Positions 1 through 16,500 of a stretch of 64,000 bases of DNA are shown piece by piece. Both the position numbers and the translations under genes were made by a program. Origin of the DNA: Eledone cirrhosa (Eukaryota). Under the pieces are notes generated by a model that had not been told where the DNA came from, ran no database searches, and worked only from the letters and a program-made list of their open reading frames with translations. Location of the stretch: positions 29,140,001-29,204,000 of the forward strand of contig OZ024745.1 in the NCBI GenBank assembly GCA_964016885.1, in the 5' to 3' direction. How positions within the stretch are numbered: the stretch's first letter is position 1; every line of letters begins with the position of its first letter.

Positions 1-2789
1 TATAAACTATAGTAACTTCTATATAAACTATAGTAACTTCTATATAAACTAGGGTAACTTCTATATAAACTATGCTAACTGCTATATAAACTATAGTAAC
101 TGCTATATAAACTATAGTAACTTCTATATAAACTATAGTAACTTCTATATAAACTATGCTAACTTCTATATAAACTATGGTAACTTCTATATAAACTATG
201 GTAACTTCTATATAAACTATGCTAACTTCTATATAAACTATAGTAACATCTATATAAACTATAGTAACTTCTATATAAACTATGGTAACTGCAATATAAA
301 CTATGGTAACATCTATATAAACTATGCTAACTTCTATATAAACTAAAGTAACATCTATATAAACTTTAGTAACTTCTATATAAACTATAGTAACATCTAT
401 ATAAACTATAGTAACTGCTATATAAACTATGGTAACTGCAATATAAACTATACTAACTTCTATATAAACTATAGTAGCTTCTATATAAACTATAGTAACT
501 TCTATATAAACTATAGTAACTGTTATATAAACTATGTTAACATCTATATAAACTATGCTAACTTCTATATAAGCTAAAGTAACATCTATATAAACTTTAG
601 AAACTTCTATATAAACTATAGTAACATCTATATAAACTATAGTAACTGTTATATAAACTATGCTAACTTCTATATAAACTATAGTAACATCTATATAAAC
701 TATAGTAACTGCTATATAAACTATAGTAATTTCTATATAAACTATAGTATCTTCTATATAAACTATGCTAACTTCTATATAAACTATAGTAACTTCTATA
801 TAAACTATAGTAACTGCTATATAAACTATGGTAACTTCTATATAAACTATGCTAACTTCTATATAAACTATAGTAACTTCTATATAAACTATAGTAACAT
901 CTATATAAACTATAGTAACTTCTATATAAACTATGGTAACTTCTATATAAACTATAGTAAGTTCTATATAAACTATAGTAACTTCTATATAAACTATAGT
1001 AACTTCTATATAAACTATAGTAACTTCTATATAAACTATAGTAACTTCTATATAAACTATAGTAACATCTATATAAACTATAGTAACTTCTATATAAACT
1101 ATGGTAACTTCTATATAAACTATGCTCACTTCTATATAAACTATAGTAACTTCTATATAAACTATGGTAACTTCTATATAAACTATAGTAACTTCTATAT
1201 AAACTATAGTAACTGCTATATAAACTATAGTAACTGCTATATAAACTATAGTAACTTCTATATAAACTATAGTAACTTCTTTATAAACTATGGTAACTTC
1301 TATATAAACTATAGTAACTTCTATATAAGCTATAGTAACTTCTATATAAACTATGGTAACTTCTATATAAACTATGCTAACTTCTATATAAACTATGCTA
1401 ACTTCTATATAAACTATGGTAACTTCTATATAAACTATGCTAACTTCTATATAAACTATAGTAACTTCTATATAAACTATAGTAACTACTATATAAACTA
1501 TAGTAACTTCTATATAAACTACAGTAACTTCTATATAAACTATGCTAACTGCTATATAACCTATAGTAACTGCTATATAAACTATAGTAGCTGCTATATA
1601 AACTATAGTAACTTCTATATAAACTATAGTAACTGCTATATATACTATAGTAACTTCTATATAAACTATGCTAACTGCTATATAAACTATAGTAACTGCT
1701 ATATAAACTATAGTAACTTCTATATAAACTATAGTAACTGCAAGATAAACTATAGTAAGTGCTATATAAACTATAGTAACTTCTATATAAACTATAGTAA
1801 CTTCTATATAAACTATAGTAACTGCTATATAAACTATAGTAACTGCTATATAAACTATAGTAACTTCTATATAAACTATAGTAACTTCTATATAAACTAT
1901 GCTAACTTCTATATAAACTATGGTAACTTCTATATAAACTATGCTAACTTCTATATAAACTATAGTAACATCTATATAAACTATAGTAACTGCTATATAA
2001 ATTATGGTAACTTCTATATAAACGATGGTAACTTTTATATAAACTATGCTAACTTCTATATAAACTATAGTAACTGCTATATAAACTATAGTAACTGCTA
2101 TATAAACTATAGTAACTTCTATATAAACTATAGTAACTTCTATATAAACTATAGTAACTGCTATATAAACTATAGTAACTGCTATGTAAACTATAGTAAC
2201 TGCTATATAAACTATGGTAACTTCTATATAAACTATGCTAAGTTCTATATAAACTATTGTAACATCTATATAAACTATAGTAACTGCTATATAAACTATA
2301 GTAACTTCTATATAAACTATAGTAACTTCTATATAATCTATAGTAACATCTATATAAACTATAGTAACTTCTATATAAACTATGGTAACTTCTATATAAA
2401 CTATAGTAACTTCTATATAAACTATAGTAACTTCTATATAAATTATAGTAACTTCTATATAAACTATAGTAACTTCTATATAAACTATAGTAACATCTAT
2501 ATAAACTATAGTAACTTCTATATAAACTATGGTAACTTCTATATAAACTATGCTCACTTCTATATAAACTATGGTAACTTCTATATAAACTATAGTAACT
2601 TCTATATAAACTATGGTAACTTCTATATAAACTATGCTAACTGCTATATAAACTATAGTAACTGCTATATAAACTATAGTAACTTCTATATAAACTATAG
2701 TAACTTCTATATAAACTATGCTCACTTCTATATAAACTATAGTAACTTCTATATAAACTATGGTAACTTCTATATAAACTATAGTAACT

Positions 2790-5700
2790 TCTATATGAAC
2801 TATAGTAACTTCTATATAAAGTATAGTAACTTCTATATAAACTAGGGTAACTTCTATATAAACTATGCTAACTGCTATATAAACTATAGTAACTGCTATA
2901 TAAACTATAGTAACTTCTATATAAACTATAGTAACTTCTATATAAACTATGCTAACTTCTATATAAACTATGGTAACTTCTATATAAACTATGGTAACTT
3001 CTATATAAACTATGGTAACTTCTATATAAACTATAGTAACATCTATATAAACTATAGTAACTTCTATATAAACTATGGTAACTGCAATATAAACTATGCT
3101 AACTTCTATATAAACTAAAGTAACATCTATATAAACTTTAGTAACTTCTATATAAACTATAGTAACATCTATATAAACTATAGTAACTGCTATATAAACT
3201 ATGGTAACTGCAATATAAACTATACTAACTTCTATATAAACTATAGTAGCTTCTATATAAACTATAGTAACTTCTATATAAACTATAGTAACTGCTATAT
3301 AAACTATGGTAACATCTATATAAACTATGCTAACTTCTATATAAGCTAAAGTAACATCTATATAAACTTTAGAAACTTCTATATAAACTATAGTAACATC
3401 TATATAAACTATAGTAACTGTTATATAAACTATGCTAACTTCTATATAAACTATAGTAACATCTATATAAACTATAGTAACTGCTATATAAACTATAGTA
3501 ACTTCTATATAAACTATAGTAACTTCTATATAAACTATGCTAACTTCTATATAAACTATAGTAACTTCTATATAAACTATAGTAACTGCTATATAAACTA
3601 TGGTAACTTCTATATAAAGTATGCTAACTTCTATATAAACTATAGTAACTTCTATATAAACTAGTGTAACTTCTATATAAACTATAGTAAGTTCTATATA
3701 AACTATAGTAACTTCTATATAAACTATAGTAACTTCTATATAAACTATAGTAACTTCTATATAAACTATAGTACCTTCTATATAAACTATAGTAACATCT
3801 ATATAAACTATAGTAACTTCTATATAAACTATGGTAACTTCTATATAAACTATGCTCACTTCTATATAAACTATAGTAACTTCTATATAAACTATAGTAA
3901 CTGCTATATAAACTATAGTAACTGCTATATAAACTATAGTAACTTCTATATAAACTATAGTAACTTCTTTATAAACTATGGTAACTTCTATATAAACTAT
4001 AGTAACTTCTATATAAGCTATAGTAACTTCTATATAAACTATGGTAACTTCTATATAAACTATGCTAACTTCTATATAAACTATGCTAACTTCTATATAA
4101 ACTATAGGAACTTCTATATAAACTATAGTAACATCTATATAAACTATGCTAACTTCTATATAAACTATAGGAACTTCTATATAAACTATAGTAACATCTA
4201 TATAAACTATGCTAACTTCTATATAAACTATAGTAACTTCTATATAAACTATAGTAACTGCAAGATAAACTATAGTAAGTGCTATATAAACTATAGTAAC
4301 TTCTATATAAACTATAGTAACTTCTATATAAACTATAGTAACTGCTATATAAACTATAGTAACTGCTATATAAACTATAGTAACTTCTATATAAACTATA
4401 GTAACTTCTATATAAACTATGCTAACTTCTCTATAAACTATGTTAACTTCTATATAAACTATGCTAACTTCTATATAAACTATAGGAACTTATATATAAA
4501 CTATAGTAACATCTATATAAACTATGCTAACTTCTATATAAACTATGCTAACTGCTATATAAACTATGCTAACTTCTATATAAACTATGCTAACTTCTAT
4601 ATAAACTATGGTAACTTCTATATAAACTATGCTAACTTCTATATAAACTATAGTAACTTCTATATAAACTATAGTAACTACTATATAAACTATAGTAACT
4701 TCTATATAAACTACAGTAACTTCTATATAAACTATGCTAACTGCTATATAAACTATAGTAACTGCTATATAAACTATAGTAGCTGCTATATAAACTATAG
4801 TAACTTCTATATAAACTATAGTAACTGCTATATATACTATAGTAACTTCTATATAAACTATGCTAACTGCTATATAAACTATAGTAACTGCTATATAAAC
4901 TATAGTAACTTCTATATAAACTATAGTAACATCTATATAAACTATAGTAACTTCTATATAAACTATGGTAACTTCTATATAAACTATGCTCACTTCTATA
5001 TAAACTATAGTAACTTCTATATAAACTATGGTAACTTCTATATAAACTATAGTAACTTCTATATAAACTATAGTAACTGCTATATAAACTATAGTAACTG
5101 CTATATAAACTATAGTAACTTCTATATAAACTATAGTAACTTCTTTATAAACTATGGTAACTTCTATATAAACTATAGTAACTTCTATATAAGCTATAGT
5201 AACTTCTATATAAACTATGGTAACTTCTATATAAACTATGCTAACTTCTATATAAACTATGCTAACTTCTATATAAACTATAGGAACTTCTATATAAACT
5301 ATAGTAACATCTATATAAACTATGCTAACTTCTATATAAACTATGCTAACTTCTATATAAACTATGGTAACTTCTATATAAACTATGCTAACTTCTATAT
5401 AAACTATAGTAACTTCTATATAAACTATAGTAACTACTATATAAACTATAGTAACTTCTATATAAACTACAGTAACTTCTATATAAACTATGCTAACTGC
5501 TATATAAACTATAGTAACTGCTATATAAACTATAGTAGCTGCTATATAAACTATAGTAACTTCTATATAAACTATAGTAACTGCTATATATACTATAGTA
5601 ACTGCTATATAAACTATGCTAACTGCTATATAAACTATAGTAACTGCTATATAAACTATAGTAACTTCTATATAAACTATAGTAACTGCAAGATAAACTA

Positions 5701-8700
5701 TAGTAAGTGCTATATAAACTATAGTAACTTCTATATAAACTATAGTAACTTCTATATAAACTATAGTAACTGCTATATAAACTATAGTAACTGCTATATA
5801 AACTATAGTAACTTCTATATAAACTATAGTAACTTCTATATAAACTATGCTAACTTTTATATAAACTATGGTAACTTCTATATAAACTATGCTAACTTCT
5901 ATATAAACTATAGTAACATCTATATAAACTATAGTAACTGCTATATAAATTATGGTAACTTCTATATAAACGATGGTAACTTTTATATAAACTATGCTAA
6001 CTTCTATATAAACTATAGTAACTGCTATATAAACTATAGTAACTTCTATATAAACTATAGTAACTTCTATATAAACTATAGTAACTGCTATATAAACTAT
6101 AGTAACTGCTATATAAACTATAGTAACTGCTATATAAACTATGGTAACTTCTATATAAACTATGCTAAGTTCTATATAAACTATTGTAACATCTATATAA
6201 ACTATAGTAACTGCTATATAAACTATAGTAACTTCTATATGAACTATAGTAACTTCTATATAAAGTATAGTAACTTCTATATAAACTAGGGTAACTTCTA
6301 TATAAACTATGCTAACTGCTATATAAACTATAGTAACTGCTATATAAACTATAGTAACTTCTATATAAACTATAGTAACTTCTATATAAACTATGCTAAC
6401 TTCTATATAAACTATGGTAACTTCTATATAAACTATGGTAACTTCTATATAAACTATGGTAACTTCTATATAAACTATAGTAACATCTATATAAACTATA
6501 GTAACTTCTATATAAACTATGGTAACTGCAATATAAACTATGGTAACATCTATATAAACTATGCTAACTTCTATATAAACTAAAGTAACATCTATATAAA
6601 CTTTAGTAACTTCTATATAAACTATAGTAACATCTATATAAACTATAGTAACTGCTATATAAACTATGGTAACTGCAATATAAACTATACTAACTTCTAT
6701 ATAAACTATAGTAGCTTCTATATAAACTATAGTAACTTCTATATAAACTATAGTAACTGCTATATAAACAATGGTAACATCTATATAAACTATGCTAACT
6801 TCTATATAAGCTAAAGTAACATCTATATAAACTTTAGAAACTTCTATATAAACTATAGTAACATCTATATAAACTATAGTAACTGTTATATAAACTATGC
6901 TAACTTCTATATAAACTATAGTAACATCTATATAAACTATAGTAACTGCTATATAAACTATAGTAACTTCTATATAAACTATAGTAACTTCTATATAAAC
7001 TATGCTAACTTCTATATAAACTATAGTAACTTCTATATAAACTATAGTAACTGCTATATAAACTATGGTAACTTCTATATAAAGTATGCTAACTTCTATA
7101 TAAACTATAGTAACTTCTATATAAACTAGTGTAACTTCTATATAAACTATAGTAAGTTCTATATAAACTATAGTAACTTCTATATAAACTATAGTAACTT
7201 CTATATAAACTATAGTAACTTCTATATAAACTATAGTACCTTCTATATAAACTATAGTAACATCTATATAAACTATAGTAACTTCTATATAAACTATGGT
7301 AACTTCTATATAAACTATGCTCACTTCTATATAAACTATAGTAACTTCTATATAAACTATAGTAACTGCTATATAAACTATAGTAACTGCTATATAAACT
7401 ATAGTAACTTCTATATAAACTATAGTAACTTCTTTATAAACTATGGTAACTTCTATATAAACTATAGTAACTTCTATATAAGCTATAGTAACTTCTATAT
7501 AAACTATGGTAACTTCTATATAAACTATGCTAACTTCTATATAAACTATGCTAACTTCTATATAAACTATAGGAACTTCTATATAAACTATAGTAACATC
7601 TATATAAACTATGCTAACTTCTATATAAACTATAGGAACTTCTATATAAACTATAGTAACATCTATATAAACTATGCTAACTTCTATATAAACTATAGTA
7701 ACTTCTATATAAACTATAGTAACTGCAAGATAAACTATAGTAAGTGCTATATAAACTATAGTAACTTCTATATAAACTATAGTAACTTCTATATAAACTA
7801 TAGTAACTGCTATATAAACTATAGTAACTGCTATATAAACTATAGTAACTTCTATATAAACTATAGTAACTTCTATATAAACTATGCTAACTTCTCTATA
7901 AACTATGTTAACTTCTATATAAACTATGCTAACTTCTATATAAACTATAGGAACTTATATATAAACTATAGTAACATCTATATAAACTATGCTAACTTCT
8001 ATATAAACTATGCTAACTGCTATATAAACTATGCTAACTTCTATATAAACTATGCTAACTTCTATATAAACTATGGTAACTTCTATATAAACTATGCTAA
8101 CTTCTATATAAACTATAGTAACTTCTATATAAACTATAGTAACTACTATATAAACTATAGTAACTTCTATATAAACTACAGTAACTTCTATATAAACTAT
8201 GCTAACTGCTATATAAACTATAGTAACTGCTATATAAACTATAGTAGCTGCTATATAAACTATAGTAACTTCTATATAAACTATAGTAACTGCTATATAT
8301 ACTATAGTAACTTCTATATAAACTATGCTAACTGCTATATAAACTATAGTAACTGCTATATAAACTATAGTAACTTCTATATAAACTATAGTAACATCTA
8401 TATAAACTATAGTAACTTCTATATAAACTATGGTAACTTCTATATAAACTATGCTCACTTCTATATAAACTATAGTAACTTCTATATAAACTATGGTAAC
8501 TTCTATATAAACTATAGTAACTTCTATATAAACTATAGTAACTGCTATATAAACTATAGTAACTGCTATATAAACTATAGTAACTTCTATATAAACTATA
8601 GTAACTTCTTTATAAACTATGGTAACTTCTATATAAACTATAGTAACTTCTATATAAGCTATAGTAACTTCTATATAAACTATGGTAACTTCTATATAAA

Positions 8701-10800
8701 CTATGCTAACTTCTATATAAACTATGCTAACTTCTATATAAACTATAGGAACTTCTATATAAACTATAGTAACATCTATATAAACTATGCTAACTTCTAT
8801 ATAAACTATGCTAACTTCTATATAAACTATGGTAACTTCTATATAAACTATGCTAACTTCTATATAAACTATAGTAACTTCTATATAAACTATAGTAACT
8901 ACTATATAAACTATAGTAACTTCTATATAAACTACAGTAACTTCTATATAAACTATGCTAACTGCTATATAAACTATAGTAACTGCTATATAAACTATAG
9001 TAGCTGCTATATAAACTATAGTAACTTCTATATAAACTATAGTAACTGCTATATATACTATAGTAACTGCTATATAAACTATGCTAACTGCTATATAAAC
9101 TATAGTAACTGCTATATAAACTATAGTAACTTCTATATAAACTATAGTAACTGCAAGATAAACTATAGTAAGTGCTATATAAACTATAGTAACTTCTATA
9201 TAAACTATAGTAACTTCTATATAAACTATAGTAACTGCTATATAAACTATAGTAACTGCTATATAAACTATAGTAACTTCTATATAAACTATAGTAACTT
9301 CTATATAAACTATGCTAACTTTTATATAAACTATGGTAACTTCTATATAAACTATGCTAACTTCTATATAAACTATAGTAACATCTATATAAACTATAGT
9401 AACTGCTATATAAATTATGGTAACTTCTATATAAACGATGGTAACTTTTATATAAACTATGCTAACTTCTATATAAACTATAGTAACTGCTATATAAACT
9501 ATAGTAACTTCTATATAAACTATAGTAACTTCTATATAAACTATAGTAACTGCTATATAAACTATAGTAACTGCTATATAAACTATAGTAACTGCTATAT
9601 AAACTATGGTAACTTCTATATAAACTATGCTAAGTTCTATATAAACTATTGTAACATCTATATAAACTATAGTAACTGCTATATAAACTATAGTAACTTC
9701 TATATGAACTATAGTAACTTCTATATAAAGTATAGTAACTTCTATATAAACTAGGGTAACTTCTATATAAACTATGCTAACTGCTATATAAACTATAGTA
9801 ACTGCTATATAAACTATAGTAACTTCTATATAAACTATAGTAACTTCTATATAAACTATGCTAACTTCTATATAAACTATGGTAACTTCTATATAAACTA
9901 TGGTAACTTCTATATAAACTATGGTAACTTCTATATAAACTATAGTAACATCTATATAAACTATAGTAACTTCTATATAAACTATGGTAACTGCAATATA
10001 AACTATGGTAACATCTATATAAACTATGCTAACTTCTATATAAACTAAAGTAACATCTATATAAACTTTAGTAACTTCTATATAAACTATAGTAACATCT
10101 ATATAAACTATAGTAACTGCTATATAAACTATGGTAACTGCAATATAAACTATACTAACTTCTATATAAACTATAGTAGCTTCTATATAAACTATAGTAA
10201 CTTCTATATAAACTATAGTAACTGCTATATAAACAATGGTAACATCTATATAAACTATGCTAACTTCTATATAAGCTAAAGTAACATCTATATAAACTTT
10301 AGAAACTTCTATATAAACTATAGTAACATCTATATAAACTATAGTAACTGTTATATAAACTATGCTAACTTCTATATAAACTATAGTAACATCTATATAA
10401 ACTATAGTAACTGCTATATAAACTATAGTAACTTCTATATAAACTATAGTAACTTCTATATAAACTATGCTAACTTCTATATAAACTATAGTAACTTCTA
10501 TATAAACTATAGTAACTGCTATATAAACTATGGTAACTTCTATATAAACTATGCTAACTTCTATATAAACTATAGTAACTTCTATATAAACTAGTGTAAC
10601 TTCTATATAAACTATAGTAAGTTCTATATAAACTATAGTAACTTCTATATAAACTATAGTAACTTCTATATAAACTATAGTAACTTCTATATAAACTATA
10701 GTACCTTCTATATAAACTATAGTAACATCTATATAAACTATAGTAACTTCTATATAAACTATGGTAACTTCTATATAAACTATGCTCACTTTTATATAAA
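2790..10800. repeat. Higher-order tandem duplication within the satellite, period 3,465 bp (165 monomers), about 2.3 copies
   Basis: Rare variants recur 3,465 bp apart: CTAGTGTAAC at 3661/7126/10591; CAAGATAAAC at 4261/7726 and 5689/9154; the TTATATATA variant at 4490/7955. Boundaries are approximate. Confidence 0.9.
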
Positions 10801-13599
10801 CTATAGTAACTTCTATATAAACTATGGTAACTTCTATATAAACTATAGTAACTTCTATATAAACTATAGTAACTGCTATATAAACTATAGTAACTGCTAT
10901 ATAAACTATAGTAACTTCTATATAAACTATAGTAACTTCTTTATAAACTATGGTAACTTCTATATAAACTATAGTAACTTCTATATAAGCTATAGTAACT
11001 TCTATATAAACTATGGTAACTTCTATATAAACTATGCTAACTTCTATATAAACTATGCTAACTTCTATATAAACTATGCTAACTTCTATATAAACTATGG
11101 TAACTTCTATATAAACTATGCTAACTTCTATATAAACTATGCTAACTTCTATATAAACTATGCTAACTTCTATATAAACTATGGTAACTTCTATATAAAC
11201 TATGCTAACTTCTATATAAACTATGCTAACTTCTATATAAACTATGCTAACTTCTATATAAACTATGGTAACTTCTATATAAACTATAGTAACTTCTATA
11301 TAAACTATAGTAACTACTATATAAACTATAGTAACTTCTATATAAACTACAGTAACTTCTATATAAACTATGCTAACTGCTATATAAACTATAGTAACTG
11401 CTATATAAACTATAGTAGCTGCTATATAAACTATAGTAACTTCTATATAAACTATAGTAACTGCTATATATACTATAGTAACTTCTATATAAACTATGCT
11501 AACTGCTATATAAACTATAGTAACTGCTATATAAACTATAGTAACTTCTATATAAACTATAGTAACTGCAAGATAAACTATAGTAAGTGCTATATAAACT
11601 ATAGTAACTTCTATATAAACTATAGTAACTTCTATATAAACTATAGTAACTGCTATATAAACTATAGTAACTGCTATATAAACTATAGTAACTTCTATAT
11701 AAACTATAGTAACTTCTATATAAACTATGCTAACTTCTCTATAAACTATGGTAACTTCTATATAAACTATGCTAACTTCTATATAAACTATAGTAACATC
11801 TATATAAACTATAGTAACTGCTATATAAATTATGGTAACTTCTATATAAACGATGGTAACTTCTATATAAACTATGCTAACTTCTATATAAACTATAGTA
11901 ACTGCTATATAAACTATAGTAACTGCTATATAAACTATAGTAACTTCTATATAAACTATAGTAACTTCTATATAAACTATAGTAACTGCTATATAAACTA
12001 TAGTAACTGCTATATAAACTATAGTAACTGCTATATAAACTATGGTAACTTCTATATAAACTATGCTAAGTTCTATATAAACTATAGTAACATCTATATA
12101 AAGTATAGTAACTGCTATATAAACTATAGTAACTTCTATATAAACTATAGTAACTTCTATATAATCTATAGTAACATCTATATAAACTATAGTAACTTCT
12201 ATATAAACTATGGTAACTTCTATATAAACTATAGTAACTTCTATATAAACTATAGTAACTTCTATATAAATTATAGTAACTTCTATATAAACTATAGTAA
12301 CTTCTATATAAACTATAGTAACATCTATATGAACTATAGTAACTTCTATATAAACTATGGTAACTTCTATATAAACTATGCTCACTTCTATATAAACTAT
12401 AGTAACTTCTATATAAACTATGGTAACTTCTATATAAACTCTAGTAACTTCTATATAAACTATGGTAACTTCTATATAAACTATGCTAACTGCTATATAA
12501 ACTATAGTAACTGCTATATAAACTATAGTAACTTCTATATAAACTATAGTAACTTCTATATAAACTATGCTCACTTCTATATAAACTATAGTAACTTCTA
12601 TATAAACTATGGTAACTTCTATATAAACTATAGTAACTTCTATATAAACTATAGTAACTTCTATATAAACTATAGTAACTTCTATATAAACTAGGGTAAC
12701 TTCTATATAAACTATGCTAACTGCTCTATAAACTATAGTAACTGCTATATAAACTATAGTAACTTCTATATAAACTATAGTAACTTCTATATGAACTATG
12801 CTAACTTCTATATAAACTATGGTAACTTCTATATAAACTATGCTAACTTCTATATAAACTATAGTAACATCTATATAAACTATAGTAACTTCTATATAAA
12901 CTATGGTAACTGCAATATAAACTATGGTAACATCTATATAAACTATGCTAACTTCTATATAAACTAAAGTAACATCTATATAAACTTTAGTAACTTCTAT
13001 ATAAACTATAGTAACTTCTATATAAACTATGGTAACTGCAATATAAACTATACTAACTTCTATATAAACTATAGTAGCTTCTATATAAACTATAGTAACT
13101 TCTATATAAACTATAGTAACTGCTATATAAACTATGGTAACATCTATATAAACTATGCTAATTTCTATATAAGCTAAAGTAACATCTATATAAACTTTAG
13201 AAACTTCTATATAAACTATAGTAACATCTATATAAACTATAGTAACTGTTATATAAACTATGCTAACTTCTATATAAACTATAGTAACATCTATATAAAC
13301 TATAGTAACTGCTATATAAACTATAGTAACTTCTATATAAACTATAGTAACTTGTATATAAACTATGCTAACTTCTATATAAACTATAGTAACTTCTATA
13401 TAAACTATAGTAACTGCTATATAAACTATGGTAACTTCTATATAAACTATGCTAACTTCTATATAAACTATAGTAACTTCTATATAAACTATAGTAACAT
13501 CTATATAAACTATAGTAACTTCTATATAAACTATGGTAACTTCTATATAAACTATAGTAAGTTCTATATAAACTATAGTAACTTCTATATAAACTATAG

Positions 13600-16500
13600 T
13601 AACTTCTATATAAATTATAGTAACTTCTATATAAACTATAGTAACTTCTATATAAACTATAGTAACATCTATATAAACTATAGTAACTTCTATATAAACT
13701 ATGGTAACTTCTATATAAACTATGCTCACTTCTATATAAACTATAGTAACTTCTATATAAACTATGGTAACTTCTATATAAACTCTAGTAACTTCTATAT
13801 AAACTATGGTAACTTCTATATAAACTATGCTAACTGCTATATAAACTATAGTAACTGCTATATAAACTATAGTAACTTCTATATAAACTATAGTAACTTC
13901 TATATAAACTATGCTCACTTCTATATAAACTATAGTAACTTCTATATAAACTATGGTAACTTCTATATAAACTATAGTAACTTCTATATAAACTATAGTA
14001 ACTTCTATATAAACTATAGTAACTTCTATATAAACTAGGGTAACTTCTATATAAACTATGCTAACTGCTCTATAAACTATAGTAACTGCTATATAAACTA
14101 TAGTAACTTCTATATAAACTATAGTAACTTCTATATAAACTATGCTAACTTCTATATAAACTATGGTAACTTCTATATAAACTATGCTAACTTCTATATA
14201 AACTATAGTAACATCTATATAAACTATAGTAACTTCTATATAAACTATGGTAACTGCAATATAAACTATGGTAACATCTATATAAACTATGCTAACTTCT
14301 ATATAAACTAAAGTAACATCTATATAAACTTTAGTAACTTCTATATAAACTATAGTAACATCTATATAAACTATAGTGACTGCTATATAAACTATGGTAA
14401 CTGCAATATAAACTATACTAACTTCTATATAAACTATAGTAGCTTCTATATAAACTATAGTAACTTCTATATAAACTATAGTAACTGCTATATAAACTAT
14501 GGTAACATCTATATAAACTATGCTAATTTCTATATAAGCTAAAGTAACATCTATATAAACTTTAGAAACTTCTATATAAACTATAGTAACATCTATATAA
14601 ACTATAGTAACTGTTATATAAACTATGCTAACTTCTATATAAACTATAGTAACATCTATATAAACTATAGTAACTGCTATATAAACTATAGTAACTTCTA
14701 TATAAACTATAGTAACTTGTATATAAACTATGCTAACTTCTATATAAACTATAGTAACTTCTATATAAACTATAGTAACTGCTATATAAACTATGGTAAC
14801 TTCTATATAAACTATGCTAACTTCTATATAAACTATAGTAACTTCTATATAAACTATAGTAACATCTATATAAACTATAGTAACTTCTATATAAACTATG
14901 GTAACTTCTATATAAACTATGGTAACTTCTATATAAACTATAGTAACATCTATATAAACTATAGTAACTTCTATATAAACTATGGTAACTTCTATATAAA
15001 CTATAGTAACATCTATATAAACTATAGTAACTGTTATATAAACTATGCTAACTTCTATATAAACTATAGTAACATCTATATAAACTATAGTAACTTCTAT
15101 ATAAACTATAGTAACTTCTATATAAAGTATAGTAACTGCTATATAAACTATAGTAAGTTCTATATAAACTATAGTAACTTCTATATAAACTATAGTAACT
15201 TCTATATAAACTATAGTAACTTCTATATAAACTATAGTAACTTCTATATAAACTATAGTAACATCTATATAAACTATAGTAACTTCTATATAAACTATGG
15301 TAACTTCTATATAAACTATGCTCACTTCTATATAAACTATAGTAACTTCTATATAAACTATGGTAACTTCTATATAAACTATAGTAACTTCTATATAAAC
15401 TATAGTAACTGCTATATAAACTATAGTAACTGCTATATAAACTATAGTAACTTCTATATAAACTATAGTAACTTCTTTATAAACTATGGTAACTTCTATA
15501 TAAACTATGCTAACTTCTATATAAACTATGCTAACTTCTATATAAACTATAGGAACTTCTATATAAACTATAGTAACATCTATATAAACTATGCTAACTT
15601 CTATATAAACTATGCTAACTTCTATATAAACTATGCTAACTTCTATATAAACTATAGGAACTTCTATATAAACTATAGTAACATCTATATAAACTATGCT
15701 AACTTCTATATAAACTATGCTAACTTCTATATAAACTATGCTAACTTCTATATAAACTATAGGAACTTCTATATAAACTATAGTAACATCTATATAAACT
15801 ATAGTAACTTCTATATAAACTATGCTAACTTCTATATAAACTATGCTAACTTCTATATAAACTATGGTAACTTCTATATAAACTATAGTAACTTCTTTAT
15901 AAACTATGGTAACTTCTATATAAACTATAGTAACTGCTATATAAACTATGCTAACTTCTATATAAACTATAGTAACTTCTATATAAACTATAGTAACTAC
16001 TATATAAACTATAGTAACTTCTATATAAACTACAGTAACTTCTATATAAACTATGCTAATTGCTATATAAACTATAGTAACTGCTATATAAACTATAGTA
16101 GCTGCTATATAAACTATAGTAACTTCTATATAAACTATAGTAACTGCTATATATACTATAGTAACTTCTATATAAACTATGCTAACTGCTATATAAACTA
16201 TAGTAACTGCTATATAAACTATAGTAACTTCTATATAAACTATAGTAACTGCAAGATAAACTATAGTAAGTGCTATATAAACTATAGTAACTGCTATATA
16301 AACTATAGTAACTTCTATATAAACTATAGTAACTTCTATATAAACTATGCTAACTTCTATATAAACTATAGTAACTTCTATATAAACTATAGTAACTGCT
16401 ATATAAACTATGGTAACTTCTATATAAACTATGCTAACTTCTATATAAACTATAGTAAGTTCTATATAAACTATAGTAACTTCTATATAAAATATAGTAA